From the NCBI GenBank assembly GCA_964016885.1, contig OZ024743.1, positions 205,964,001 through 206,028,000 on the forward strand: a stretch of 64,000 nt of DNA. Reading direction: 5' to 3'. This DNA comes from Eledone cirrhosa. Taxonomy: Eukaryota. Below, one piece after another: positions 14,201-28,100 of this stretch (positions within the stretch are counted from its first letter, which is position 1; the number at the start of each line of letters is the position of its first letter). The notes under the pieces are model-generated. The model ran no database searches. It had not been told where the DNA came from and saw nothing but the letters and a program-made list of their open reading frames with translations. A program made the position numbers and the translations under genes.

Positions 14201-17200
14201 CCCCTTGGACGGCTGGAAATTATCTCCCCTTGGCTGGAAATTATCTCCCCTTGGACGGCTAGAAATTATCTCTCTTTGGACGGCTGGAAATTATCTCCCT
14301 TTGATTTTTTTTACAAATTATCTCCCTCTGATTTTTTTTACAAATCTCCCCTTGATTTTTTTAAAAAATTATCTCCCCTTTGCTGGCTGGAAATTATCTC
14401 CCCTTGGACACTGGAAATTATAGACCCTTGGAGGGCTGGAAATTATCTTCCCTTGGACGGCTGGAAATTATCTCCTTTGATTTTTTTTACAAATTATCTC
14501 CCCCTGATTTTTTTTTACAAATTATGTCCGCCGGATTTTTTTTTAAAAATTATCTCCCCTTGGCTGGATGGAAATTTTCTCCCCTTGGACGGCTGGAAAT
14601 TATCTCCCCTTTATGTCTTCTACAAATTATCTGGCCCTGATTTTTTTTTACAAATTATCTCTCCCTGATTTTTTTTACAAATATCTCCCCTTGGCTGGCT
14701 GGAAATTATCTCCCCTTCGCTGGCTGGAAATTATCTCCCATTGGACGGCTGGAAATTATCTCCCCTTGGACGCCTAGAAATTACCTCTCCTTGGACAGCT
14801 GTAAATTATCTCCCCTTGGACGGCTGGAAATTATCTCGCCTTGGACGGCTGGAAATTATCTCCCCTTGATTTTGTATACAAATTATCTCCCCCTGATTTT
14901 TTTTTACAAATTATCTGCCCCTGATTATTTTTTTACAAATTAGCTCCGCCTGATTTTTTTTAAAAATTATCTCCCCTTGGACGGCTGGAAATTATCTCCC
15001 CTTGGACGGCTGGAAATTATCTCCCCTTGAACGGCTAGAAATTACCTCTCCTTGGACGGCTTAAAATTATCTCCCCTTGGACGGCTGGAAATTATCTCCC
15101 CTTGATTTTTTTACAAATTATCTCCCCCTGATTTTTTTTTACAAATTATCTCCCCCTGATTTTTTTTTACAAATTATCTACCCCTGATTTTTTTTTCAAA
15201 ATTATCTCCCCCTGATTTTTTTTTACAAATTATCTCCCCCTGATTTTTTTTTACAAATTATCTCCCCCTGATTTTTTTACAAATTATCTCCCCTTGGCTG
15301 GCTGGAAATTATCGCCCCTTGGAGGCTGGAATTTATCTCCCCTTGGACGGCTGGAAATTATCTCCCCTTGGACGGCTAGAAATTACCTCTCCTTGGACGG
15401 CTGGAAATTATCTCCCCTTGAACGGCTGGAAATTATCTCCCCTTGGACGGGTGGAAATTATCTCCCCTTGGACGGCTGGAAATTACCTGTCCTTGGACGG
15501 CTGGAAATTATCTCCCCTTGGACGGCTGGAAATTATCTCCCCTTGGACGGCTGGAAATTATTTCCCCTTGATTTTTTTAACAAATTATCTCCCCCTGATT
15601 TATTTTACAAATTATCTCCGCCTGATTTTTTTAAATATTATCTTCCCTTGGCTGGCGGGAAATTATCTCCCCTTGGACGGCTGGAAACTATCTCCCCTTG
15701 GACAGCTGGAAATTATCTGCCCTTGATTTTGTTTTTACAAATTATCTCCCCCTGATTTTTTTTACAAATTATCTCCACCTGATTTTTTAAAAAATTATCT
15801 CCTCTTGGACGGCTGGAAATTATCTCCCGTTGGCTGCAAATTATCTCCCCTTGGACGGCTAGAAATTACCTCTCTTTGGACGGCTGGAAATTATCTCCCC
15901 TTGATTTTTTTTACAAATTATCTCCCCCTGATTTTTTTTACAAATCTCCCAGTGATTTTTAAAAAAAAATTATCTCCCCTTCGCTGGCTGGAAATTATCT
16001 CCCCTTGGACGCTGGAAATTATAGCCCCTTGGAGGGCTGGAAATTATCTTCCCTTGGACGGCTGGAAATTATCTCCCCTTGATTTTTTTTACAAATTATC
16101 TCCCCCTGATTTTTTTTTACAAATTATCTCCCCGATTTTTTTCTACAAATTATCTCCCCCTGATTTTTTTTTTACAAATTATCTCCGCCTGATTTTTTAA
16201 AAAAAATTATCTCCCCTTGGACGGCTGGAAATTATCTCCCCTTGGACGGCTGGAAATTATCTCCCCTAGGACGGCTAGAAATTACCTCTCCTTGGACGGC
16301 TGAAAATTATCTCCCCTTGGACGGCTGGAAATTATCTCCCCTTGATTTTTTTACAAATTATCTCCCTCTGATTTTTTTTTACAAATTATCTCCCCCTGAT
16401 TTTTTTTTACAAATTATCTCCCCCTGATTTTTTTTTACAAATTATCTCCCCCTGATTTTTTTACAAATTATCTCCCCTTGGCTGGCTGGCAATTATCTCC
16501 CCTTGGAGGCTGGAATTTATCTCCCCTTGGACGGCTGGAAATTATCTCCCCTTGGACGGCTAGAAATTACCTCTCCTTGTACGGCTGGAAATTATCTCCC
16601 CTTGAACGGCTGGAAATTATCTCCCCTTGGACGGCTGGAAATTATCTCCCCTTGGACGGCTGGAAATTACCTCTCCTTGGACGGCTGGAAATTATCTCCC
16701 CTTGGACGGCTGGAAATTATCTCCCCTTGGACACTGGAAATTATTTCCCCTTGATTTTTTTTACAAATTATCTCCCCCTGATTTTTTTTACAAATCTCCC
16801 CCTAATTTAAAAAAAAATTACCTCCCCTTCGCTGGCTGGAAATTATCTCCCTTTGGACGGCTTGAAATTATAGCTGCTTGTAGGGCTGGAAATTATCTCC
16901 CCTTGGACGGCTGGAAATTACCTTTCCTTCGACGGCTGAAAATTATCTCCCCTTGGACGGCTGGAAATTATCTCCCCCTGATTTTTTTTTACAAATTATC
17001 TCCGCCTGATTTTTTTTTAAAAATTATCTCCCCTTGGCTGGATGGAAATTTTCTCCCCTTGGACGGCTGGAAATTATCTCCCCTTTATGTTTTCTACAAA
17101 TTATCTACCCCTGATTTTTTTTTTACGAATTATCTCTCCCTGATTTTTTTTACAAATATCTCCCCTTGGCTGGCTGGAAATTATCTCCCCTTGGCTGGCT

Positions 17201-18212
17201 GGAAATTATCTCCCCTTGGACGGCTGGAAATTATCTCCCCTTGGACGCCTAGAAATCACCTCTACTTGGACAGCTGTAAATTATCTCCCCTTGGACGGCT
17301 GGAAATTATCTCGCCTTGGACGGCTGGAAATTATCTCCCCTTGATTTTGTATACAAATTATCTCCCCCTGATTTTTTTTTACAAATTATCTGCCCCTGAT
17401 TATTTTTTTACAAATTAGCTCCGCCTGATTTTTTTTTAAAATTATCTCCCCTTGGACGGCTGGAAATTATCTCCCCTTGGACGGCTGGAAATTATCTCCC
17501 CTTGAACGGCTAGAAATTACCTCTCCTTGGACGGCTGAAAATTATCTCCCCTTGGACGGCTGGAAATTATCTCCCCTTGATTTTTTTACAAATTATCTCC
17601 CCCTGATTTTTTTTTTACAAATTATCTCCGCCTGATTTTTTTTTAAAATTATCTCCCCTTGGACGGCTGGAAATTATCTCCCCTTGGACGGCTGGAAATT
17701 ATCTCCCCTTGATTTTTTTTTCCAAATTATCTCCCCCTGATTTTTTTTTTACAAATTATCTACCCCTGATTTTTTTTTCAAATTATCTCCCCCTGATTTT
17801 TTTTACAAATTATCTCCCCCTGATTTTTTCTTACAAATTATCTCCCCCCGATTTTTTTACAAATTATCTCCCCCTGATTTTTTTTACAAATTATCTCCGC
17901 CTGATTTTTTTTAATATTATCTTCCCTTGGCTGGCGGGAAATTATCTCCCCTTGGACGGCTGGAAATTATCTCCCCTTGGAAGGATGGAAATTATCTCCC
18001 CTTGGACGGCTGGAAATTATCTCCCCTTGCACTGCTGGAAATTATCTCCCCTTGGACGGCTGGAATATATCTGCCCTTGATTTTGTTTTTACAAATTATC
18101 TTCCCCTGATTTTTTTACAAATTATCTCCACCTGATTTTTTTTTACAAATTATCTCCCCCTGATTTTTTTTACAAATTATCTCCCCCTGATTTTTTTACA
18201 AATTATCTCCCC
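11239..18212 (+). repeat. Higher-order repeat copy 1 (~6.97 kb; phase arbitrary)
   Basis: The near-identical 178-aa ORF marker starts at 11239 and again at 18213. Internal markers recur in order in later copies: 72-aa ORF 14205, 153-aa ORF 15294, GGAATATATCTGCCC ~18062. Confidence 0.93.
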
Positions 18213-21200
18213 TTGGCTGGCTGGCAATTATCTCCCCTTGGAGGCTGGAATTTATCTCCCCTTGGACGGCTGGAAATTATCTCCCCTTGGACGGCTAGAA
18301 ATTACCTCTCCTTGTACGGCTGGAAATTATCTCCCCTTGAACGGCTGGAAATTATCTCCCCTTGGACGGCTGGAAATTATCTCCCCTTGGACGGCTGGAA
18401 ATTACCTCTCCTTGGACGGCTGGAAATTATCTCCCCTTGGACGGCTGGAAATTATCTCCCCTTGGACGGCTGGAAATTATTTCCCCTTGATTTTTTTTAC
18501 AAATTATCTCCCCCTGATTTTTTTTACAAATTATCTCCGCCTGATTTTTTAAAATATTATCTTCCCTTGGCTGGCGGGAAATTATCTCCCCTTGGACGCC
18601 TGGAAATTATCTCCCCTTGGAAGGATGGAAATTATCTCCCCTTGGACGGCTGGAAATTATCTCCCCTTGCACTGCTGGAAATTATCTCCCCTTGGACGGC
18701 TGGAAATTATCTGCCCTTGATTTTGTTTTTACAAATTATCTTCCCCTGATTTTTTTTACAAATTATCTCCACCTGATTTTTTAAAAAATTATCTCCCCTT
18801 GGCTGGAAATTTTCTCCCCTTGGACGATTAGAAATTATCTCTCTTTGGACGGCTGGAAATTATCTCCCCTTGATTTTTTTTACAAATTATCTCCCCCTGA
18901 TTTTTTTTACAAATCTCCCAGTGATTTTTTAAAAAAAATTATCTCCCCTTCGCTGGCTGGAAATTATCTCCCCTTGGACGCTGGAAATTATAGCCCCTTG
19001 GAGGGCTGGAAGTTATCTTCCCTTGGAGGGCTGGAAATTATCTTCCCTTGGACGGCTGGAAATTATCTCCCCTTGATTTTTTTTACAAATTATCTCCCCC
19101 TGATTTTTTTTTACAAATTATCTCCCCCTGATTTTTTTTTACAAATTATCTCCTGATTTTTTTTACAAATTATCTCCCCTTGGCTGGCTGGAAATTATCT
19201 CCCCTTGGAGGCTGGAATTTATCTCCCCTTGGACGGCTAGAAATTACCTCTCCTTGGACGGCTGAAAATTATCTCCCCTTGATTTTTTTTACGAATTATC
19301 TCCCCCTGATTTTTTTTTTTACAAATTATCTCCCCCTGATTTTATTTTACATATTATCTACCCCTGATTTTTATTTACAAATTATCTCCCCCTGATTTAT
19401 TTTACAAATTATCTCCGCCTGATTTTTTTAAATATTATCTTCCCTTGGCTGGCGGGAAATTATCTCCCCTTGGACGGCTGGAAACTATCTCCCCTTGGAC
19501 AGCTGGAAATTATCTGCCCTTGATTTTGTTTTTACAAATTATCTCCCCCTGATTTTTTTTACAAATTATCTCCACCTGATTTTTTAAAAAACTATCTTCT
19601 CTTGGACGGCTGGAAATTATCTCCCCTTGGCTGGAAATTATCTCCCCTTGGACGGCTAGAAATTATCTCTCTTTGGACGGCTGGAAATTATCTCCCTTTG
19701 ATTTTTTTTACAAATTATCTCCCTCTGATTTTTTTTACAAATCTCCCCTTGATTTTTTTAAAAAATTATCTCCCCTTCGCTGGCTGGAAATTATCTCCCC
19801 TTGGACACTGGAAATTATAGACCCTTGGAGGGCTGGAAATTATCTTCCCTTGGACGGCTGGAAATTATCTCCTTTGATTTTTTTTACAAATTATCTCCCC
19901 CTGATTTTTTTTTACAAATTATCTCCGCCTGATTTTTTTTTAAAAATTATCTCCCCTTGGCTGGATGGAAATTTTCTCCCCTTGGACGGCTGGAAATTAT
20001 CTCCCCTTTATGTCTTCTACAAATTATCTGGCCCTGATTTTTTTTACAAATTATCTCTCCCTGATTTTTTTTTACAAATCTCCCCTTGATTTTTTAAAAA
20101 AATTATCTCCCCTTCGCTGGCTGGAAATTATCTCCCCTTGGACACTGGAAATTATAGACCCTTGGAGGGCTGGAAATTATCTTCCCTTGGACGGCTGGAA
20201 ATTATCTCCTCTTGATTTTTTTTACAAATTATCTCCCCCTGATTTTTTTTTTCAAATTATCTCCGCCTGATTTTTTTTTAAAAATTATCTCCCCTTGGCT
20301 GGATGGAAATTTTCTCCCCTTGGTCGGCTGGAAATTATCTCCCCTTGGCTGGAAATTATCTCCCCTTGGACGGCTAGAAATTATCTCTCTTTGGACGGCT
20401 GGAAATTATCTCCCCTTGATTCTTTTTACAAATTATCTCCCCCTGATTTTTTTTACAAATCTCCCAGTGATTTTAAAAAAAAAATTATCTCCCCTTCGCT
20501 GGCTGGAAATTATCTCCCCTTGGACGCTGGAAATTATAGCCCCTTGGAGGCTGGAAATTATCTTCCCTTGGACGGCTGGAAATTATCTCCACTTGATTTT
20601 TTTTACAAATTATCTCCCCCTGATTTTTTTTTACAAATTATCTCCCCCTGATTTTTTTTTTACAAATTATCTCCGCCTGATTTTTTTAAAAAAATTATCA
20701 CCCCTTGGACGGCTGGAAATTATCTCCCCTTGGACGGCTGGAAATGATCTCCCCTTGGACGGCTAGAAATTACCTCTCCTTGGACGGCTGAAAATTATCT
20801 CCCCTTGATTTTTTTTACCAATTATCTCCCCCTGATTTTTTTTTTTACAAATTATCTCCCCCTGATTTTATTTTACATATTATCTACCCCTGATTTTTTT
20901 TACAAATTATCTCCCCCTGATTTTTTTTTTACAAATTATCTGCCCCTGATTTTTTTACAAATTATCTCCCCCTGATTTATTTTACAAATTATCTCCGCCT
21001 GATTTTTTTAAATATTATCTTCCCTTGGCTGGCGGGAAATTATCTCCCCTTGGACGGCTGGAAACTATCTCCCCTTGGACAGCTGGAAATTATCTGCCCT
21101 TGATTTTGTTTTTACAAATTATCTCCCCCTGATTTTTTTTACAAATTATCTCCACCTGATTTTTTAAAAAATTATCTCCCCTTGGACGGCTGGAAATTAT

Positions 21201-24200
21201 CTCCCCTTGGCTGGAAATTATCTCCCCTTGGACGGCTAGAAATTATCTCTCTTTGGACGGCTGGAAATTATCTCCCTTTGATTTTTTTTACAAATTATCT
21301 CCCTCTGATTTTTTTTACAAATCTCCCCTTGATTTTTTTAAAAAATTATCTCCCCTTTGCTGGCTGGAAATTATCTCCCCTTGGACACTGGAAATTATAG
21401 ACCCTTGGAGGGCTGGAAATTATCTTCCCTTGGACGGCTGGAAATTATCTCCTTTGATTTTTTTTACAAATTATCTCCCCCTGATTTTTTTTTACAAATT
21501 ATGTCCGCCTGATTTTTTTTTAAAAATTATCTCCCCTTGGCTGGATGGAAATTTTCTCCCCTTGGACGGCTGGAAATTATCTCCCCTTTATGTCTTCTAC
21601 AAATTATCTGGCCCTGATTTTTTTTTACAAATTATCTCTCCCTGATTTTTTTTACAAATATCTCCCCTTGGCTGGCTGGAAATTATCTCCCCTTCGCTGG
21701 CTGGAAATTATCTCCCATTGGACGGCTGGAAATTATCTCCCCTTGGACGCCTAGAAATTACCTCTCCTTGGACAGCTGTAAATTATCTCCCCTTGGACGG
21801 CTGGAAATTATCTCGCCTTGGACGGCTGGAAATTATCTCCCCTTGATTTTGTATACAAATTATCTCCCCCTGATTTTTTTTTACAAATTATCTGCCCCTG
21901 ATTATTTTTTTACAAATTAGCTCCGCCTGATTTTTTTTTAAAATTATCTCCCCTTGGACGGCTGGAAATTATCTCCCCTTGGACGGCTGGAAATTATCTC
22001 CCCTTGAACGGCTAGAAATTACCTCTCCTTGGACGGCTTAAAATTATCTCCCCTTGGACGGCTGGAAATTATCTCCCCTTGATTTTTTTACAAATTATCT
22101 CCCCCTGATTTTTTTTTACAAATTATCTCCCCCTGATTTTTTTTTACAAATTATCTACCCCTGATTTTTTTTTCAAAATTATCTCCCCCTGATTTTTTTT
22201 TACAAATTATCTCCCCCTGATTTTTTTTTACAAATTATCTCCCCCTGATTTTTTTACAAATTATCTCCCCTTGGCTGGCTGGAAATTATCTCCCCTTGGA
22301 GGCTGGAATTTATCTCCCCTTGGACGGCTGGAAATTATCTCCCCTTGGACGGCTAGAAATTACCTCTCCTTGGACGGCTGGAAATTATCTCCCCTTGAAC
22401 GGCTGGAAATTATCTCCCCTTGGACGGGTGGAAATTATCTCCCCTTGGACGGCTGGAAATTACCTGTCCTTGGACGGCTGGAAATTATCTCCCCTTGGAC
22501 GGCTGGAAATTATCTCCCCTTGGACGGCTGGAAATTATTTCCCCTTGATTTTTTTTACAAATTATCTCCCCCTGATTTATTTTACAAATTATCTCCGCCT
22601 GATTTTTTTAAATATTATCTTCCCTTGGCTGGCGGGAAATTATCTCCCCTTGGACGGCTGGAAACTATCTCCCCTTGGACAGCTGGAAATTATCTGCCCT
22701 TGATTTTGTTTTTACAAATTATCTCCCCCTGATTTTTTTTACAAATTATCTCCACCTGATTTTTTAAAAAATTATCTCCTCTTGGACGGCTGGAAATTAT
22801 CTCCCGTTGACTGCAAATTATCTCCCCTTGGACGGCTAGAAATTACCTCTCTTTGGACGGCTGGAAATTATCTCCCCTTGATTTTTTTACAAATTATCTC
22901 CCCCTGATTTTTTTTACAAATCTCCCAGTGATTTTTAAAAAAAATTATCTCCCCTTCGCTGGCTGGAAATTATCTCCCCTTGGACGCTGGAAATTATAGC
23001 CCCTTGGAGGGCTGGAAATTATCTTCCCTTGGACGGCTGGAAATTATCTCCCCTTGATTTTTTTTACCTATTATCTCCCCCTGATTTTTTTTTACAAATT
23101 ATCTCCCCGATTTTTTTCTACAAATTATCTCCGCCTGATTTTTTAAAAAAAATTATCTCCCCTTGGACGGCTGGAAATTATCTCCCCTTGGACGGCTGGA
23201 AATTATCTCCCCTAGGACGGCTAGAAATTACCTCTCCTTGGACGGCTGAAAATTATCTCCCCTTGGACGGCTGGAAATTATCTCCCCTTGATTTTTTTAC
23301 AAATTATCTCCCTCTGATTTTTTTTTACAAATTATCTCCCCCTGATTTTTTTTTACAAATTATCTCCCCCTGATTTTTTTTTACAAATTATCTCCCCCTG
23401 ATTTTTTTACAAATTATCTCCCCTTGGCTGGCTGGCAATTATCTCCCCTTGGAGGCTGGAATTTATCTCCCCTTGGACGGCTGGAAATTATCTCCCCTTG
23501 GACGGCTAGAAATTACCTCTCCTTGCACGGCTGGAAATTATCTCCCCTTGAACGGCTGGAAATTATCTCCCCTTGGACGGCTGGAAATTATCTCCCCTTG
23601 GACGGCTGGAAATTACCTCTCCTTGGACGGCTGGAAATTATCTCCCCTTGGACGGCTGGAAATTATCTCCCCTTGGACACTGGAAATTATTTCCCCTTGA
23701 TTTTTTTTTACAAATTATCTCCCCCTGATTTTTTTTACAAATCTCCCCCTAATTTAAAAAAAAATTACCTCCCCTTCGCTGGCTGGAAATTATCTCCCTT
23801 TGGACGGCTTGAAATTATAGCTGCTTGTAGGGCTGGAAATTATCTCCCCTTGGACGGCTGGAAATTACCTTTCCTTCGACGGCTGAAAATTATCTCCCCT
23901 TGGACGGCTGGAAATTATCTCCCCCTGATTTTTTTTTACAAATTATCTCCGCCTGATTTTTTTTTAAAAATTATCTCCCCTTGGCTGGATGGAAATTTTC
24001 TCCCCTTGGACGGCTGGAAATTATCTCCCCTTTATGTTTTCTACAAATTATCTACCCCTGATTTTTTTTTTACGAATTATCTCTCCCTGATTTTTTTTAC
24101 AAATATCTCCCCTTGGCTGGCTGGAAATTATCTCCCCTTGGCTGGCTGGAAATTATCTCCCCTTGGACGGCTGGAAATTATCTCCCCTTGGACGCCTAGA

Positions 24201-25159
24201 AATCACCTCTACTTGGACAGCTGTAAATTATCTCCCCTTGGACGGCTGGAAATTATCTCGCCTTGGACGGCTGGAAATTATCTCCCCTTGATTTTGTATA
24301 CAAATTATCTCCCCCTGATTTTTTTTTACAAATTATCTGCCCCTGATTATTTTTTTACAAATTAGCTCCGCCTGATTTTTTTTTAAAATTATCTCCCCTT
24401 GGACGGCTGGAAATTATCTCCCCTTGGACGGCTGGAAATTATCTCCCCTTGAACGGCTAGAAATTACCTCTCCTTGGACGGCTGAAAATTATCTCCCCTT
24501 GGACGGCTGGAAATTATCTCCCCTTGATTTTTTTACAAATTATCTCCCCCTGATTTTTTTTTTACAAATTATCTCCGCCTGATTTTTTTTTAAAATTATC
24601 TCCCCTTGGACGGCTGGAAATTATCTCCCCTTGGACGGCTGGAAATTATCTCCCCTTGATTTTTTTTTCCAAATTATCTCCCCCTGATTTTTTTTTTACA
24701 AATTATCTACCCCTGATTTTTTTTTCAAATTATCTCCCCCTGATTTTTTTTACAAATTATCTCCCCCTGATTTTTTCTTACAAATTATCTCCCCCCGATT
24801 TTTTTACAAATTATCTCCCCCTGATTTTTTTTACAAATTATCTCCGCCTGATTTTTTTTAATATTATCTTCCCTTGGCTGGCGGGAAATTATCTCCCCTT
24901 GGACGGCTGGAAATTATCTCCCCTTGGAAGGATGGAAATTATCTCCCCTTGGACGGCTGGAAATTATCTCCCCTTGCACTGCTGGAAATTATCTCCCCTT
25001 GGACGGCTGGAATATATCTGCCCTTGATTTTGTTTTTACAAATTATCTTCCCCTGATTTTTTTACAAATTATCTCCACCTGATTTTTTTTTACAAATTAT
25101 CTCCCCCTGATTTTTTTTACAAATTATCTCCCCCTGATTTTTTTACAAATTATCTCCCC
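18213..25159 (+). repeat. Higher-order repeat copy 2 (~6.95 kb)
   Basis: Markers at 18213, 21182, 22271, 23424 and ~25009 are collinear with copy 1 (11239, 14205, 15294, 16478, ~18062). Confidence 0.93.
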
Positions 25160-28100
25160 TTGGCTGGCTGGCAATTATCTCCCCTTGGAGGCTGGAATTT
25201 ATCTCCCCTTGGACGGCTGGAAATTATCTCCCCTTGGACGGCTAGAAATTACCTCTCCTTGTACGGCTGGAAATTATCTCCCCTTGAACGGCTGGAAATT
25301 ATCTCCCCTTGGACGGCTGGAAATTATCTCCCCTTGGACGGCTGGAAATTACCTCTCCTTGGACGGCTGGAAATTATCTCCCCTTGGACGGCTGGAAATT
25401 ATCTCCCCTTGGACGGCTGGAAATTATTTCCCCTTGATTTTTTTTACAAATTATCTCCCCCTGATTTTTTTTACAAATTATCTCCGCCTGATTTTTTAAA
25501 ATATTATCTTCCCTTGGCTGGCGGGAAATTATCTCCCCTTGGACGCCTGGAAATTATCTCCCCTTGGAAGGATGGAAATTATCTCCCCTTGGACGGCTGG
25601 AAATTATCTCCCCTTGCACTGCTGGAAATTATCTCCCCTTGGACGGCTGGAAATTATCTGCCCTTGATTTTGTTTTTACAAATTATCTTCCCCTGATTTT
25701 TTTTACAAATTATCTCCACCTGATTTTTTAAAAAATTATCTCCCCTTGGCTGGAAATTTTCTCCCCTTGGACGATTAGAAATTATCTCTCTTTGGACGGC
25801 TGGAAATTATCTCCCCTTGATTTTTTTTACAAATTATCTCCCCCTGATTTTTTTTACAAATCTCCCAGTGATTTTTTTAAAAAAATTATCTCCCCTTCGC
25901 TGGCTGGAAATTATCTCCCCTTGGACGCTGGAAATTATAGCCCCTTGGAGGGCTGGAAGTTATCTTCCCTTGGAGGGCTGGAAATTATCTTCCCTTGGAC
26001 GGCTGGAAATTATCTCCCCTTGATTTTTTTTACAAATTATCTCCCCCTGATTTTTTTTTACAAATTATCTCCCCCTGATTTTTTTTTACAAATTATCTCC
26101 TGATTTTTTTTACAAATTATCTCCCCTTGGCTGGCTGGAAATTATCTCCCCTTGGAGGCTGGAATTTATCTCCCCTTGGACGGCTAGAAATTACCTCTCC
26201 TTGGACGGCTGAAAATTATCTCCCCTTGATTTTTTTTACGAATTATCTCCCCCTGATTTTTTTTTTTACAAATTATCTCCCCCTGATTTATTTTACAAAT
26301 TATCTCCGCCTGATTTTTTTAAATATTATCTTCCCTTGGCTGGCGGGAAATTATCTCCCCTTGGACGGCTGGAAACTATCTCCCCTTGGACAGCTGGAAA
26401 TTATCTGCCCTTGATTTTGTTTTTACAAATTATCTCCCCCTGATTTTTTTTACAAATTATCTCCACCTGATTTTTTAAAAAATTATCTCCTCTTGGACGG
26501 CTGGAAATTATCTCCCCTTGGCTGGAAATGATCTCCCCTTGGACGGCTAGAAATTATCTCTCTTTGGACGGCTGGAAATTATCTCCCTTTGATTTTTTTT
26601 ACAAATTATCTCCCTCTGATTTTTTTTACAAATCTCCCCTTGATTTTTTAAAAAAATTATCTCCCCTTCGCTGGCTGGAAATTATCTCCCCTTGGACACT
26701 GGAAATTATAGACCCTTGGAGGGCTGGAAATTATCTTCCCTTGGACGGCTGGAAATTATCTCCTTTGATTTTTTTCACAAATTATCTCCCCCTGATTTTT
26801 TTTTACAAATTATCTCCGCCTGATTTTTTTTAAAAAATTATCTCCCCTTGGCTGGATGGAAATTTTCTCCCCTTGGACGGCTGGAAATTATCTCCCCTTT
26901 ATGTCTTCTACAAATTATCTGGCCCTGATTTTTTTTACAAATTATCTCTCCCTGATTTTTTTTACAAATCTCCCCTTGATTTTTTAAAAAAATTATCTCC
27001 CCTTCGCTGGCTGGAAATTATCTCCCCTTGGACACTGGAAATTATAGACCCTTGGAGGGCTGGAAATTATCTTCCCTTGGACGGCTGGAAATTATCTCCT
27101 CTTGATTTTTTTTACAAATTATCTCCCCCTGATTTTTTTTTTCAAATTATCTCCGCCTGATTTTTTTTTTTAAATTATCTCCCCTTGGCTGGATGGAAAT
27201 TTTCTCCCCTTGGCCGGCTGGAAATTATTTCCCCTTGGCTGGAAATTATCTCCCCTTGGACGGCTAGAAATTATCTCTCTTTGGACGGCTGGAAATTATC
27301 TCCCCTTGATTCTTTTTACAAATTATCTCCCCCTGATTTTTTTTACAAATCTCCCAGTGATTTTTAAAAAAAAATTATCTCCCCTTCGCTGGCTGGAAAT
27401 TATCTCCCCTTGGACGCTGGAAATTATAGCCCCTTGGAGGCTGGAAATTATCTTCCCTTGGACGGCTGGAAATTATCTCCACTTGATTTTTTTTACAAAT
27501 TATCTCCCCCTGATTTTTTTTTACAAATTATCTCCCCCTGATTTTTTTTTTACAAATTATCTCCGCCTGATTTTTTTAAAAAAATTATCACCCCTTGGAC
27601 GGCTGGAAATTATCTCCCCTTGGACGGCTGAAAATTATCTCCCCTTGATTTTTTTTACGAATTATCTGGCCCTGATTTTTTTTTTTACAAATTATCTCCC
27701 CCTGATTTTATTTTACATATTATCTACCCCTGATTTTTTTTACAAATTATCTCCCCCTGATTTTTTTTTTACAAATTATCTGCCCCTGATTTTTTTACAA
27801 ATTATCTCCCACTGATTTATTTTACAAATTATCTCCGCCTGATTTTTTTAAATATTATCTTCCCTTGGCTGGCGGGAAATTATCTCCCCTTGGACGGCTG
27901 GAAACTATCTCCCCTTGGACAGCTGGAAATTATCTGCCCTTGATTTTGTTTTTACAAATTATCTCCCCCTGATTTTTTTTACAAATTATCTCCACCTGAT
28001 TTTTTAAAAAATTATCTCCCCTTGGACGGCTGGAAATTATCTCCCCTTGGCTGGAAATTATCTCCCCTTGGACGGCTAGAAATTATCTCTCTTTGGACGG